Of a stretch of 64,000 nucleotides of DNA, positions 1-10,604 are shown in pieces. A program made the position numbers and the translations under genes. Numbering within the stretch: position 1 is the stretch's first letter; each line of letters opens with the position of its first letter. Source of the stretch: Candidatus Hodarchaeota archaeon (GTDB lineage Archaea > Asgardarchaeota > Lokiarchaeia > Sigyniarchaeales > SOKP01); the NCBI GenBank assembly GCA_048887225.1, contig JBHLJY010000004.1, positions 171,895 to 235,894 on the forward strand, written 5' to 3'. Under the pieces are notes generated by a model. It made no database searches. It was not told the origin of the DNA and saw only the letters and a program-made list of their open reading frames with translations.

Positions 1-1031
1 AAAGTGTTATTGGAAAAAAGGTATTGTGTACCCAAGCTATCTTTATGTGTATAATTACCATTGTAACATGCATAGAGATTATAGAATAGAGGTTGGGTAT
101 TTAGAGCATTTAATGTTACGGTATCAAACGTGCCTTCAACAGGATTTGGTTGTACTCCAGTTATCATACCAAATAGATGATCAGATTCATTAGAATGACA
201 TAAGAGATGAACCCATTCATAGTCTAAGGTCAAATTATTCTTATAATTTGTTGGGTTTGTAGTTGCATTGGTACTATGAACAATTCGCTCAGCTCCAGTA
301 TAAGTACTGAAGCTACTTGTCCATCCTGGAATCCAACTTGGTCTCGCCCATTCATCATCTATATATAGCATACCTTTATGTGGTCTTGAAAGTTTTCCAG
401 TTCTATACTCATGGTTTCGTTTAAAATATTCTCGAAGTGCCTTAGACTGGTTAATACCACTTAAAGGGAGTGGATTAATACGTGCAACCCATATTTCAGG
501 TTGTACATCACTCCCAGGTAGCGCGGGTGGGTTAGTATTATGATCATCATAGATACCATCTGGTATAGTATCACACCAAAAAGCATCTAAATCCATAAGA
601 TATAAGTCACATGGATATATTCCCCACGGATCTGGAAAATTCAAATCATTATACCATACATATGGAAATTCTCCAATAAGTATCGCACCTTTTAGACCTA
701 AAGCATATTCAGCAGTTAGATTAATTTTCAGTAATTGTGCGGTAGGAAACATAGTATTATTGATAATTTTGACGGTATAACTATTATTATTTATTATATC
801 TTGCTTATATTGATCTACTTCGTTAGTAATGTTAGCATAGATTGTAGAATTAACATAAATTATAACACGCCCTTTAGCACTCGTTATTGGCACAAAAGCA
901 CTATCATTGCCATCATCTTCTTTACTAAGCCCTTCAGATTGTAAAACATCAGAAAACCATATATTTGAAACCCCCGCTAAAACTAAGGTAAATGCAATTA
1001 ATATGATTACTGTTATATTCGAGTTTCGCAT
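1..1031 (-). CDS. Secreted C25 (gingipain-like) cysteine peptidase, runs off the left edge
   Basis: Manual translation from ATG 1031: MRNSNITVIILIAFTLVLAG (signal peptide)...GAILIGEFP...PCDLYLMDLD...QPEIWVARI...WVHLLCHS...PLFYNLYACYNG; His/Cys dyad context of C25; frame open to base 1; missing from the ORF track. Confidence 0.7.
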   Translation of the reverse strand, partial: MRNSNITVIILIAFTLVLAGVSNIWFSDVLQSEGLSKEDDGNDSAFVPITSAKGRVIIYVNSTIYANITNEVDQYKQDIINNNSYTVKIINNTMFPTAQLLKINLTAEYALGLKGAILIGEFPYVWYNDLNFPDPWGIYPCDLYLMDLDAFWCDTIPDGIYDDHNTNPPALPGSDVQPEIWVARINPLPLSGINQSKALREYFKRNHEYRTGKLSRPHKGMLYIDDEWARPSWIPGWTSSFSTYTGAERIVHSTNATTNPTNYKNNLTLDYEWVHLLCHSNESDHLFGMITGVQPNPVEGTFDTVTLNALNTQPLFYNLYACYNGNYTHKDSLGTQYLFSNNT

Positions 1032-1159
1032 AATTTAATCATTTTGGTTTTTTTATATTATTGAAAATAGTATTATAGTAAGAATATTAAGGAATAATAT
1101 GATGTCTTTAATATTTAAAATTATTTCGCAATTATGGAAATTTTTGTCCAAACTTATAA

Positions 1160-2842
1160 TTAAGAAAGCAAATTAGTGGGCGGTTGAAGACCTTTAAACA
1201 AGGAAAGGGTATACATAATTTCTTCTGAGCCCTCAATTAACCTCCTTAAGTTATAAGGAAAGTTTTGAAACTCAACCTTTCTGCCCTCGTAGACCCAATC
1301 TATGATCATTTTTATCATTTCTTTATATTTTTTGATCGTATTACCTTCTGAATCTATTTCCGATATGATTTTCCACGCTTTTTTTAATTTCCCATTAAGA
1401 ATAAGGGATAAAGAGGCTAATACGTAAGAATGGACTATATGTGAATAGCCGATTTTTTTCAAATTTGCTGCTCGATAATAATATCTATAAACAGACCTTA
1501 CAGCTTGCCTTAAAAAATAATCTTGTGCAATATCTAATTGCTCATAAAATTTTATGCTTTCTAGAAGGAGTGTAGCTGCTGTGTAAAATTGCTTATTTTT
1601 TATACCTTCTTTGGCGATTTTCTTTAATCCACTGATAATTTGGTTAAATATTCCATATCGGTTAAATTCTAAGTTTCCTTCAACTGCTATATCATAAGCA
1701 TTTAAATACCATTCGGTAGATTGATAAAAATCCCCAATTTTCCAAAAATTATCTCCTGCTTTGATGCAATGCTTATAAGACATTTCAAAATTGTTTAAAT
1801 CCTGAAATATATCCGCCGCATCAAGAAAATTTATTGCTGCTTGAGAATAATCTTCATCCTTTTCAATATAATTTCCAGCTAAAATAAAGCAAGAAGCAGA
1901 TTCAATTAGGTTATCAGTACTTTCTTTATAACACAAACCAGCAGCACGGTAATATCTAGCTATTTTCTGAAAATTTTCTGCATTTTTTTCTAAACTCTCT
2001 GCTAAATTAATATATGCCCCTGCCTCCTTTCTTGAATAATTAAGATATTGTTCCTCATCGTCTAAGGTCTTATAGAGATTTTTTAATATTTGACATATTT
2101 GAGCTAATTCTAAGTTTTCGTTCTTTTCTTCAAATTCATGAAATAAATTTGAGAAAAAATCTATTCCATCTAAAACAATATTTTTAGATGTATTATAATC
2201 GTCTAATTCTTCGAAGCAAAGAGCAATTTGTTGATAAGAAAACGATAAAATATCATAATACTTATAAATTTTTGCGATCTCGATTACATCCTGGTAAGAT
2301 TTAGTAGCTTTTTTAAAATTAGACGCCTTTACGTATAATTCGGCTATATTTTGATAATTTTGAGTTAGTTTTCTCGTTTCAACGTTACTCCCATTGTTAA
2401 AGCCCTTCAAAAGTTTGTTTTCTTGCTCCAAATATTTAATACTTTTTAAAATATTATCTTTTTTTGATTTATCGTCTTGAAATTTTTCACCATAGATCTC
2501 AGCGATTTTTAAATAAATTTCAGCAATTTCGTGTAATTTAGCTTGAATAGTAAAATTCTCAATTAATTTTTCCCATAACTTTATGTTATGCTTATATAAT
2601 TCAAGGGCATATGAAAAATCAAGATCCTCTAAAATTTCAGCTGCAGAATAAATAAATTCTCCTGCTTCCCAAATTTCTCCTGATTCGGCAAGCTCGTTTG
2701 AAAACCTAATTGATATTTTAACAATTAGTTGAATTGAATTTTTCTTTTTATTTTTATCGATGATTTTTTGTACATATCCTACAGAATCTCTTAGTCTCTC
2801 TAAAAAATCTGTGTAATCACTGTAATCCTCTTCTTCAAGAAT
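1160..2842 (-). CDS. TPR / alpha-SNAP-like helical repeat protein (about 560 aa if the ATT start is used)
   Basis: Frame of ORF 1160..2431 stays open to 2854 with no ATG/GTG/TTG; ATT at 2842 follows SD-like GAGTTGAT; repeated A-x-x-Y/F-x-x-A-G/A helices. Confidence 0.7.
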   Translation of the reverse strand: MLEEEDYSDYTDFLERLRDSVGYVQKIIDKNKKKNSIQLIVKISIRFSNELAESGEIWEAGEFIYSAAEILEDLDFSYALELYKHNIKLWEKLIENFTIQAKLHEIAEIYLKIAEIYGEKFQDDKSKKDNILKSIKYLEQENKLLKGFNNGSNVETRKLTQNYQNIAELYVKASNFKKATKSYQDVIEIAKIYKYYDILSFSYQQIALCFEELDDYNTSKNIVLDGIDFFSNLFHEFEEKNENLELAQICQILKNLYKTLDDEEQYLNYSRKEAGAYINLAESLEKNAENFQKIARYYRAAGLCYKESTDNLIESASCFILAGNYIEKDEDYSQAAINFLDAADIFQDLNNFEMSYKHCIKAGDNFWKIGDFYQSTEWYLNAYDIAVEGNLEFNRYGIFNQIISGLKKIAKEGIKNKQFYTAATLLLESIKFYEQLDIAQDYFLRQAVRSVYRYYYRAANLKKIGYSHIVHSYVLASLSLILNGKLKKAWKIISEIDSEGNTIKKYKEMIKMIIDWVYEGRKVEFQNFPYNLRRLIEGSEEIMYTLSLFKGLQPPTNLLS

Positions 2843-3118
2843 CTTACGATCAACTCATTAAAACTAAGTAAAGATCACTTATTGAAATTAATTGAAAAAT
2901 AAAAAGAAATGGTTTTTCAGAATCAGCTGTAGACTTTTAAAAACAACAATCCATAATTCTAAGAAAATTAATCGATTTTACAATAAAGTAAATACCTCAA
3001 ACTTATAAATCTAAACAATAACTATAAAATATGAGTAATGTAAATAATTATTTAAATGAAAATTATCTTAATATAATTATAAAATATAAATTAAATTATC
3101 AAGGATGGTAAAAAAAGA

Positions 3119-3328
3119 ATGAAACAAGTTTCAGAACTGTTAGAAACCGGGATATATGAGACATTTACTCCAGACAGATCGATGACAGTCAGAGATTTGC
3201 TCAAAGAGCTGAATCTCGAAGGAAAATACTTCGGAATCCTTATAAATGGAAAGAAAGCAACCGAAGATATGACTATAAAAGAAACCGACGAAATAGTGAT
3301 CCTACCACACATAGCTGGTGGATTGTAA
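3119..3328 (+). CDS. MoaD/ThiS/SAMP family ubiquitin-like beta-grasp protein
   Basis: 69 aa, ILINGK...DEIVILPHIAGGL. Confidence 0.85.
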   Translation: MKQVSELLETGIYETFTPDRSMTVRDLLKELNLEGKYFGILINGKKATEDMTIKETDEIVILPHIAGGL

Positions 3329-3477
3329 AGAATTAAATAACTTTTTTTTATCTCACTTTTTTTAAAGGATTTAATGCAAAGATAATACAATTAATTTTAA
3401 AATTTTATACGATTCTTTAAAATTAATAACTTAAATTTTGCTAGAATTTCTAAAAAATTCTTAAGGATTAGCTAATA

Positions 3478-4338
3478 ATGGAAATTTTTAATGAAATGGA
3501 AGAGAGATATGTAGAAACTAATGGAATAACACTTCACACTGTTATAATTGGTTCTGGAGAACCTTTAATGTTATTGCATGGTTTTCCAGATTTTTGGTAT
3601 GGATGGAGAGATATTATTTTAGGTCTAAAGGATACATATCAGTTAATCGTTCCTGATATGCGAGGGTATAACACTTCTGACAAGCCAGAGGGAGTAGAAA
3701 ATTATACGTTAGAGATTTTGGTTGAAGATATCAGAGGATTAAGCGAAAAATTAAATTTGGGTAGATTTTCACTAGCAGGACATGATTGGGGCGGACCTGT
3801 AGCGTGGGGATTTGCGGAGAAATATCCAGAATCATTGAAAAAATTGATACTTTGCAATGGACCTCACCCAATAGTAATGAGAGAATCCCTTGGTAAATCT
3901 AAAGCTCAACAGAAAGCAAGTTCCTACATATTAAAATTTATAAAGCCTAATAGTGCGGGTGAATTAATGGCTAATGATTTTCAATTTTTAAAGCTTGTAG
4001 TATTTGGAATGCCAAAAAAAAAGAATGCTTTAAGTGAGTTTGATAAGGAAAAATATATAGAAGCTTGGTCCCAACCAGGAGCTATAAATGCAGGATTAAA
4101 TTATTATCGTGCGGCAGTTAAATCAATGTTCGGAGGAGGAGATTGGACTGGAATAATAAATGTTCCAACTTTGGTTATTCACGGTATGAAAGATATTGCT
4201 TTAACACCTAAAATATTAGAAGGTTTATCAGATTACGTAAAAGATTTAAAAATCGTGCGAATTGAGAATGCCTCTCATTGGGTAATGGTAGACGAGCCAG
4301 AAGTGGTTATTTCAAGCATAAAAAAGTTTATAAATTAA
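3478..4338 (+). CDS. Alpha/beta hydrolase, epoxide hydrolase-like
   Basis: HGFPD, GHDWGG nucleophile motif, C-terminal SHW. Confidence 0.9.
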   Translation: MEIFNEMEERYVETNGITLHTVIIGSGEPLMLLHGFPDFWYGWRDIILGLKDTYQLIVPDMRGYNTSDKPEGVENYTLEILVEDIRGLSEKLNLGRFSLAGHDWGGPVAWGFAEKYPESLKKLILCNGPHPIVMRESLGKSKAQQKASSYILKFIKPNSAGELMANDFQFLKLVVFGMPKKKNALSEFDKEKYIEAWSQPGAINAGLNYYRAAVKSMFGGGDWTGIINVPTLVIHGMKDIALTPKILEGLSDYVKDLKIVRIENASHWVMVDEPEVVISSIKKFIN

Positions 4339-4384
4339 AAGCTTATATTTCAAATTTTTTTTGTATTTCCATTGAAGGCTTCTG

Positions 4385-5365
4385 TTATTTTAGAGTTATT
4401 CTTAACAAGTCTTTAGCTAAAATAGTGTTTGGAAATATTTTTTTTGCCTCTTCAAGTAATTTTAATGCTTCTTCTTGATATCTCGAAGAAATATGAGTTA
4501 GTATCAATTGTTTGGCGTTCATATTTTTAGCGTCATTTGCGGCATCCACGGAAGTTGAATGTTTTCTTTCATCTGCTATATCCTTTAATTTAGAGCTAAA
4601 GGTTGCTTCGTGTATTACAATGTCAGAATTTTTTCCTAAATCGATTAATGCTTGGCATGGGCTTGTGTCTGCTGAATATATTATTTTTCGTCCAATTCTT
4701 TGAGGTCCTACGACTCTTTCTTTTACGGGATCAATGATTTTATCATTAAAATTAATAGATTCCCCTTTTTGGAGTTTTTTCCACAATCTACTTTCAGGGA
4801 TTCCTAATTCCCTGGCCCTATCAGGATTAAACTTTCCATAGCGCGGCTTTTCATTAAAAGAATAAGCGAATGTTATTACAGAATGATCAACGAGCGCATA
4901 TTTTATAAGGTATCTATTAGTTTCGTAAACAACATCTTTAATTATTTGGGTAGAATTAGTAGAATTTTCAGTATCTAATCCATTAAACTCAATTAAAGCA
5001 TTATTCACGTGATCAATTTCGATAATTTTTATAGAGTAATTTGCTTTAAGTCCGAGAATTTTTCTATGAAGAAATAAGTAAAGAAAAAGATTTTTTGGTC
5101 CAATTATCGTGAGTGGAGCAGTTCTATCGATTAAACCAAATCTAAACAATAAACCAGGAAGTCCGATTATGTGATCTCCATGAAAATGGGATATTAAAAT
5201 AATCAATGGTTTATTGAATTTTAATCCAGCACCGTTAAAATTGCGTTGAATGTCTTCTCCACAATCGAATAAAATAATGTGGTTTCGAAATTTTAAAGCG
5301 GTTGCTGGTAAATTTCGATTCTTAACAGGAATAGCGGCAGATGAGCCAAGGATAATAAGTTCCAT
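4385..5365 (-). CDS. rnz: Ribonuclease Z
   Basis: LGSSAAIP, DCGE, SHFHGDH, HEATF, LTHISSRY, exosite arm. Confidence 0.95.
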   Translation of the reverse strand: MELIILGSSAAIPVKNRNLPATALKFRNHIILFDCGEDIQRNFNGAGLKFNKPLIILISHFHGDHIIGLPGLLFRFGLIDRTAPLTIIGPKNLFLYLFLHRKILGLKANYSIKIIEIDHVNNALIEFNGLDTENSTNSTQIIKDVVYETNRYLIKYALVDHSVITFAYSFNEKPRYGKFNPDRARELGIPESRLWKKLQKGESINFNDKIIDPVKERVVGPQRIGRKIIYSADTSPCQALIDLGKNSDIVIHEATFSSKLKDIADERKHSTSVDAANDAKNMNAKQLILTHISSRYQEEALKLLEEAKKIFPNTILAKDLLRITLK

Positions 5366-5374
5366 TGATTTTCA

Positions 5375-6460
5375 TTAAGCTATTTTTTTTCTTAACTGAG
5401 AGATCTCTAATCTCTGTTGTTCGTTTTGTTTTTCTAAATCTTCTACTAAATTTTTAAGTTCTCTCACTCTCAAAGCTAAGTTAATGTCATCTTCGGCAAC
5501 TATTTGAACTTGACTGATACCACTCTCTATTTCTCCTTTCACTTGTGCCTTCTCGGTGTTATATTCTTTAAGCTGTTCTTGAAGATTTTGAATTTGTTTT
5601 TTTGCAGTGTTCAATTTACGCTGTAATTCCTCTGATAATGCCTTAAAAGTATCTTCAGAAGATTTAATCTCTTCTCTTGGGGGTATTCTTTCTTTAGTAG
5701 CTTCTAAAATAGAAGTAGATTTTTTTAAATCTTGAATTTCGAGATTCTTATTGTTTAATTCTACTCTCAAATCGTCAATCTTTTTCTGTAAGTGGGCGGT
5801 CGAACGTTCACCTTTTTTCTTACCTTCCTTGGTTTGGTACTTATCACCTATACTTTTTAACTTTTTTACTTTCTTCTCACTCGTGGAGCTTTTTAATTTT
5901 TTTTGAAGTCTTTTTATCTCTTTTGACAAATCTTCGTTTTTAATTCTTGCATTTGACTTAGTATGTTCTAATTCTTTTCTTAAATCAGCGATTTTTGAAT
6001 TTAACTCATTAATTTCTTCCTTTTTGCTTTCTTCTTTTAGCTTATCTATTAAATTTTGTTGTTTGTTAATTTTTAACGTTAATTCCTTTACTAAAGCCTC
6101 TAGTGGTTCTTTTTTCTCCTCAATTCTTATTACTGTACTTTCATTATTTTTTTTCGTATGTTTTTCAAGTTCTTGTTGAAATTGTATCTTTTCTTTTCTT
6201 AAAAAACCCATTTTATCCTTTAAATCTCTAATCTGTTTTTCTTTTTCTTCGAGTTCAATAGCTAATTTAGAATCCCCTTTTACTTTTTTCCCTTTCTTTT
6301 TTGAGTCTTTTATACCACTATCTGGTATTAAGGCCTCCAATTTCATAATAGTATCTTCTAATTGCTCGATTTTTTGGAGATATCCTATAATTTCTCTGTC
6401 TTTGGATTCCAATTGATGTTCTAATTCGCTTAATTTATCTATTAAAGCATCTTCAGTCAT
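5375..6460 (-). CDS. Long coiled-coil protein
   Basis: 361 aa with E/K/L/Q-rich heptads. Confidence 0.7.
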   Translation of the reverse strand: MTEDALIDKLSELEHQLESKDREIIGYLQKIEQLEDTIMKLEALIPDSGIKDSKKKGKKVKGDSKLAIELEEKEKQIRDLKDKMGFLRKEKIQFQQELEKHTKKNNESTVIRIEEKKEPLEALVKELTLKINKQQNLIDKLKEESKKEEINELNSKIADLRKELEHTKSNARIKNEDLSKEIKRLQKKLKSSTSEKKVKKLKSIGDKYQTKEGKKKGERSTAHLQKKIDDLRVELNNKNLEIQDLKKSTSILEATKERIPPREEIKSSEDTFKALSEELQRKLNTAKKQIQNLQEQLKEYNTEKAQVKGEIESGISQVQIVAEDDINLALRVRELKNLVEDLEKQNEQQRLEISQLRKKIA

Positions 6461-6586
6461 CTTTGAATCTCATTTTTTAATTGAATTTTTTTTTTATATT
6501 TTGCATTTAAAACATTTTCATAATTAAATATTAAGTCTTTAATTATAAATTATCAGATCCTCCTTCTTAGTAATAGTTTTATTCTA

Positions 6587-8533
6587 TTAATATATATCGA
6601 AATCTTTGATGGAAAATTTTTCAATCTTCTTCATAATAGGGATTAAACTTAGATAATTTAAAAGAACCATTGCACTAAAAAGAATAGAAATTCCAACAAA
6701 AGGAACATATAACGGGGGTAAGTACGCACGATCAATTAAAAATATTGAGTTTATAATCATTCCTAATCCTAAACTTAGTAAAAGAGACGGGATAATAACA
6801 AATAAAGCTTCTAAAAATAAGACTCTCTTCAAAGATTTTTTCTTAGCACCGACAGCCCTCATTATTAAGAAGTCTTTTGCTTTTTCTAATAACCCTGCTT
6901 TTTGATAATTATATAGTGTAAGTATGGAAATTACTCCCATAACAATTATTAAAATTATAGGGTATAATGTCAAATTTGAAAGATAAGTTAGATTTTCTTC
7001 AAAAATAGGATCCAACAATAGACATGTAAAATCATTTCCTAATTTTCCTTCTATAATTTCTTCAAGTTCTTCTTCTATATCTTCATAGGAACCACTCTCG
7101 AGTTTCATTAAAACGATATTAATCTCATTATTAGTAAAATTCAATTCTTCTCGAAATATATCTAAGCCTATATATCCAACATTTCCACTGTAAAAACTAT
7201 CTATTATGACGCCTGAAATGTGAAATCTATGTCCTAAATCTTTGATTCTCAAACTCTGATCAAGAGCATAATCGAAAAAATTATAGGCTAATCCATCTCC
7301 AATGGTCATATTATCATATGAGTCGTCATCATCGAAAAATCTCCCTTCAATTTCAAAATCTTGGATCTTATCGTCTGGATTTACTCCAATAATAGGATAA
7401 TTTCCTTTTCTTCCTTGACCCACAGTTTGATATCCCCCTCTACCCTCCTCTTCTCCATAATAATAATGATATCCATCTAACTCTTCGACATCGCAGAATT
7501 TTATCAAGCGCGGGTCTACTTCTTCGATTTCGTCTATTGAATTAATTTCTACAATATCGCTAAGGTTAAATAAATATTTTGGTTCCATAAAATCTATATC
7601 GTCTTCATCGACAGAAACTGAAGGATCTGAAAACATTTTATACATATCCGCGTAAGAATCAACAGCTTCTTCGTGGCCTATTACGACAATATTGTCCTCT
7701 TGAGATTTTTTTATCCACTCTTGTGAAGAAGTATTTAACACAATAGTTCCCAATCCCAATGTAAAAATAATAAGGAAGATAAAGGAAAAGATAAATAGAA
7801 ATCTAAAAAATTCACCTTTTCTTCTGATTGTATTTATAATCGCAATTTTTAAATTAAAACCTAAATTCGAAAGCCATCTTGGAATCAATATTAATTTTTT
7901 TGAAGCGTCATAATTGTAGGGGATCTCTTTTGAAAATGTTTTTGTAATTTTCTGGTTTCCTATTTTTCTTAGGGCAAAACCAGATATAAAAAAAATGCCA
8001 AGTAAACATGAAAAAAACAAAATTAATGTATAAAACAAATCAATATAAAACAGAATTTTTAATCCTACCAAGAGCATAACAAGAGCAAATATACCGTACG
8101 CAACCAAACCAAGAATTAATCCTAGTACAAATCCCAACAAGTAAATGATATACGCTTCGAGAAGATAAAAACTATATAATCTATTAGGCAGCGTTCCTAA
8201 TGCTTTCATTATAGCAATATCTCTTTTTTTACTAATAATTAAAGAAGTAGTGATTGCTACGACAACTATGAAAGCAAGAAAAAGAACTAATACTAGAATT
8301 AATGTATTAAACTGAGAATAGATTGAATTAATAGCTCCCGAAAAATAAAGATCATTACTATTTAAATCGTCTTCGATTGTAGTAAAACTTTGGATAATCA
8401 GGTTTAAGCCTAATGAAGATGAAAAATAAATCATAAATATTGCCAAAGAAATTACCAAAGCTATTGTTAAAACATATGGATATGTTTGAGATTTCTTTCT
8501 CATAAAATCCTTTATTGCGAAATCTAAAGACAT
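6587..8533 (-). CDS. FtsX/MacB-like ABC transporter permease (two FtsX domains)
   Basis: KRDIAIMKALG and IMRAVGA motifs, multiple TM helices. Confidence 0.85.
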   Translation of the reverse strand: MSLDFAIKDFMRKKSQTYPYVLTIALVISLAIFMIYFSSSLGLNLIIQSFTTIEDDLNSNDLYFSGAINSIYSQFNTLILVLVLFLAFIVVVAITTSLIISKKRDIAIMKALGTLPNRLYSFYLLEAYIIYLLGFVLGLILGLVAYGIFALVMLLVGLKILFYIDLFYTLILFFSCLLGIFFISGFALRKIGNQKITKTFSKEIPYNYDASKKLILIPRWLSNLGFNLKIAIINTIRRKGEFFRFLFIFSFIFLIIFTLGLGTIVLNTSSQEWIKKSQEDNIVVIGHEEAVDSYADMYKMFSDPSVSVDEDDIDFMEPKYLFNLSDIVEINSIDEIEEVDPRLIKFCDVEELDGYHYYYGEEEGRGGYQTVGQGRKGNYPIIGVNPDDKIQDFEIEGRFFDDDDSYDNMTIGDGLAYNFFDYALDQSLRIKDLGHRFHISGVIIDSFYSGNVGYIGLDIFREELNFTNNEINIVLMKLESGSYEDIEEELEEIIEGKLGNDFTCLLLDPIFEENLTYLSNLTLYPIILIIVMGVISILTLYNYQKAGLLEKAKDFLIMRAVGAKKKSLKRVLFLEALFVIIPSLLLSLGLGMIINSIFLIDRAYLPPLYVPFVGISILFSAMVLLNYLSLIPIMKKIEKFSIKDFDIY

Positions 8534-8554
8534 ATCTATTTTACCTCACACAAT

Positions 8555-9340
8555 TTACCTATTAATTGTAGAATTCACTTCTTTTATTATCCTTCCATCA
8601 TCAAAAGTAATAACCCGATCTGCTAAATCAATTAATTTATCATCATGAGTAGCCAGAATTATTGTTTTTCTGAGATCTTTAAGATCTTTAAATAAATCTC
8701 TTATGAATTCGCTCGTTTTTTTATCTAAATTTGCTGTGATTTCATCTCCAAATATTACAGGTGGATCATTAGCTAATGCCCGTGCAATTGCTACACGTTG
8801 TTGTTCTCCAGCTGAAAGTTGAAAGGGTAAATGTTCTCTTCGCTCATCTAAACTAACTTTCTTTAATAAATTTACGGCTCGTTTTCTTGCCTCTTTAAAT
8901 GGTACTCCTGCAGTCCTTAAAATAAAAAGTATGTTTTCTTCTGCCGTCAAAGTCGAGATGAGATTATAATTTTGAAAAATAAATCCTGAATTGATTAATC
9001 TAAAAGTTGCTAGTGCTTCTTCTTCCAAATTACTAATTTTGATCCCATGAGCATATATAATTCCTTTGTTTGGAGAATCTAATCCACTAAGTAAATTTAA
9101 TAGCGTGGTTTTTCCGGCTCCAGAAGGTCCTTTTATTACAACAAATTCTCCTTCCTCAATCTTTAAAGATACACCATCAACAGCTCTAACAATAAAATCT
9201 CCTATCTCGTAATCTTTAACCAAGTTTTCAGCAAAAATTATTACATTATCTTTTAATATCTCTATGATTTTATCTGCTTCAATATCTTCTTCTATTGATT
9301 CGTCATCTTCAGTCTTCTTCAGCGAATCTTTCTTAGACAC
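8555..9340 (-). CDS. LolD/MacB-type ABC transporter ATP-binding protein
   Basis: GPSGAGKT, LSAGEQQRVAIARAL, THD. Confidence 0.9.
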   Translation of the reverse strand: MSKKDSLKKTEDDESIEEDIEADKIIEILKDNVIIFAENLVKDYEIGDFIVRAVDGVSLKIEEGEFVVIKGPSGAGKTTLLNLLSGLDSPNKGIIYAHGIKISNLEEEALATFRLINSGFIFQNYNLISTLTAEENILFILRTAGVPFKEARKRAVNLLKKVSLDERREHLPFQLSAGEQQRVAIARALANDPPVIFGDEITANLDKKTSEFIRDLFKDLKDLRKTIILATHDDKLIDLADRVITFDDGRIIKEVNSTINR

Positions 9341-9515
9341 AATTTATACAATTTTTTTAAGATTTTATCTCTTATGCATTTTTTAAGAGGTTTTAAATTC
9401 GGTTTTTTAAGGTTAGAATTATTGCTTTATGTAATAATTGCTTTATTAAAGAAAGATAAAATTTCAACGTTCGAGAAAATAGATTTAAATATCATCTTGT
9501 TTTAATAATTTATTA

Positions 9516-9657
9516 GAGGGAATTCGTGAGACGAGCAAAATATAATATCCCCTAATTTCCTAATATTTTAAATGGTAACTAAATTTTATCCCAAATCTAA
9601 AGCCACAATTGTTAGTTTTAGATTAAGCTTCTCCCGGATCCCTCAATCTCTTTTTTT
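9516..9657 (+). ncRNA. Candidate structured small RNA
   Basis: Complementary GC-rich ends (9516-9536 / 9627-9644), internal 10-bp hairpin, TTTAAATA about 25 nt upstream, T-tract downstream. Confidence 0.4.
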
Positions 9658-9906
9658 CAAAAGCTACAAAATAAAAAATATATCAAGTTACACTTAGAGG
9701 CACTATATTTTACGTGATTTATAAATTATAAAAGTCTTTTTAAGCTTGTTTTATAGTAATTTTCCAATTAGCGATTATTTTCACTAAATTATAAGAATAA
9801 CATTTTTCTTTTAGAGAAAAGATTTATATCACAATATTAAATTTAATAAAAGATATCCTTTCTAATTAACGAAATCATTAAGATTTCTTATTAATAGAAA
9901 AAGAGG

Positions 9907-10170
9907 TTGAAAAAATTGAGTGAAAAGGAAAATAACGAATTTGAAATTGATAAGGAATTAGATACAACCGGATTATATTGTCCAGAACCCTTGTTTGAAG
10001 TACGAAATCTATCTGAAACTCTTGAAATTGGCCAGTGTTTTAAAATAATTGCTGATGATCCGGCCGCTGAAGAAGATTTATCGAGGTGGGCTAAAAGAAC
10101 TGGCACAGAAATTCTCGATTTTAGAAAGGAGGATAATATTTTAACATTTATTTTTAAGAAAAACAAATGA
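9907..10170 (+). CDS. tusA: TusA/SirA family sulfurtransferase
   Basis: LDTTGLYCPEP motif, ADDPAA. Confidence 0.9.
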   Translation: MKKLSEKENNEFEIDKELDTTGLYCPEPLFEVRNLSETLEIGQCFKIIADDPAAEEDLSRWAKRTGTEILDFRKEDNILTFIFKKNK

Positions 10171-10187
10171 AAAAAGGGTGATGTGAA

Positions 10188-10544
10188 ATGGGAAAAAGTA
10201 TATTATATGTACAAACAAGTGATAATCCTGAACGCCAGTATTCCCCCTTAGTGTTAGCGCAAACAGCGAAAGCTATGGATATTGATGCAACAGTTTATTA
10301 TTTGGGGGCAGGCTTAAGAATATTAAAACCAGGCGAAGCTGAAAGAATAAAGCTAGGCGATTTTCCATCTGTTAAAGAAATGATTGATAAGACCTTAGAA
10401 GCGGGGGTTGAAATTTTAGTTTGTGAAGCTTCAAAAAGAATGTTAGGATGGGAGAAAGTTGAACTAATTCCAGGTGTAAAAATTGTAGGAGCAGCTACTC
10501 TAAACGATTTAGTATTGGAGCATGATGCAACCCAATGGTTTTAA
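10188..10544 (+). CDS. DsrE/DsrF family sulfur-relay protein
   Basis: PLVLAQTA, GVEILVCEAS, VGAAT. Confidence 0.85.
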   Translation: MGKSILYVQTSDNPERQYSPLVLAQTAKAMDIDATVYYLGAGLRILKPGEAERIKLGDFPSVKEMIDKTLEAGVEILVCEASKRMLGWEKVELIPGVKIVGAATLNDLVLEHDATQWF

Positions 10545-10604
10545 CAAAATTTTTTTTATTTATTTATATTAAAATAATTGATTTAATGAAAGAAGGATGA
10601 AACA

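Noticed and set aside
9572-9697. 41-codon ORF overlapping the candidate small RNA
   Set aside because: No SD, no recognisable features, and it runs through a T-tract terminator.
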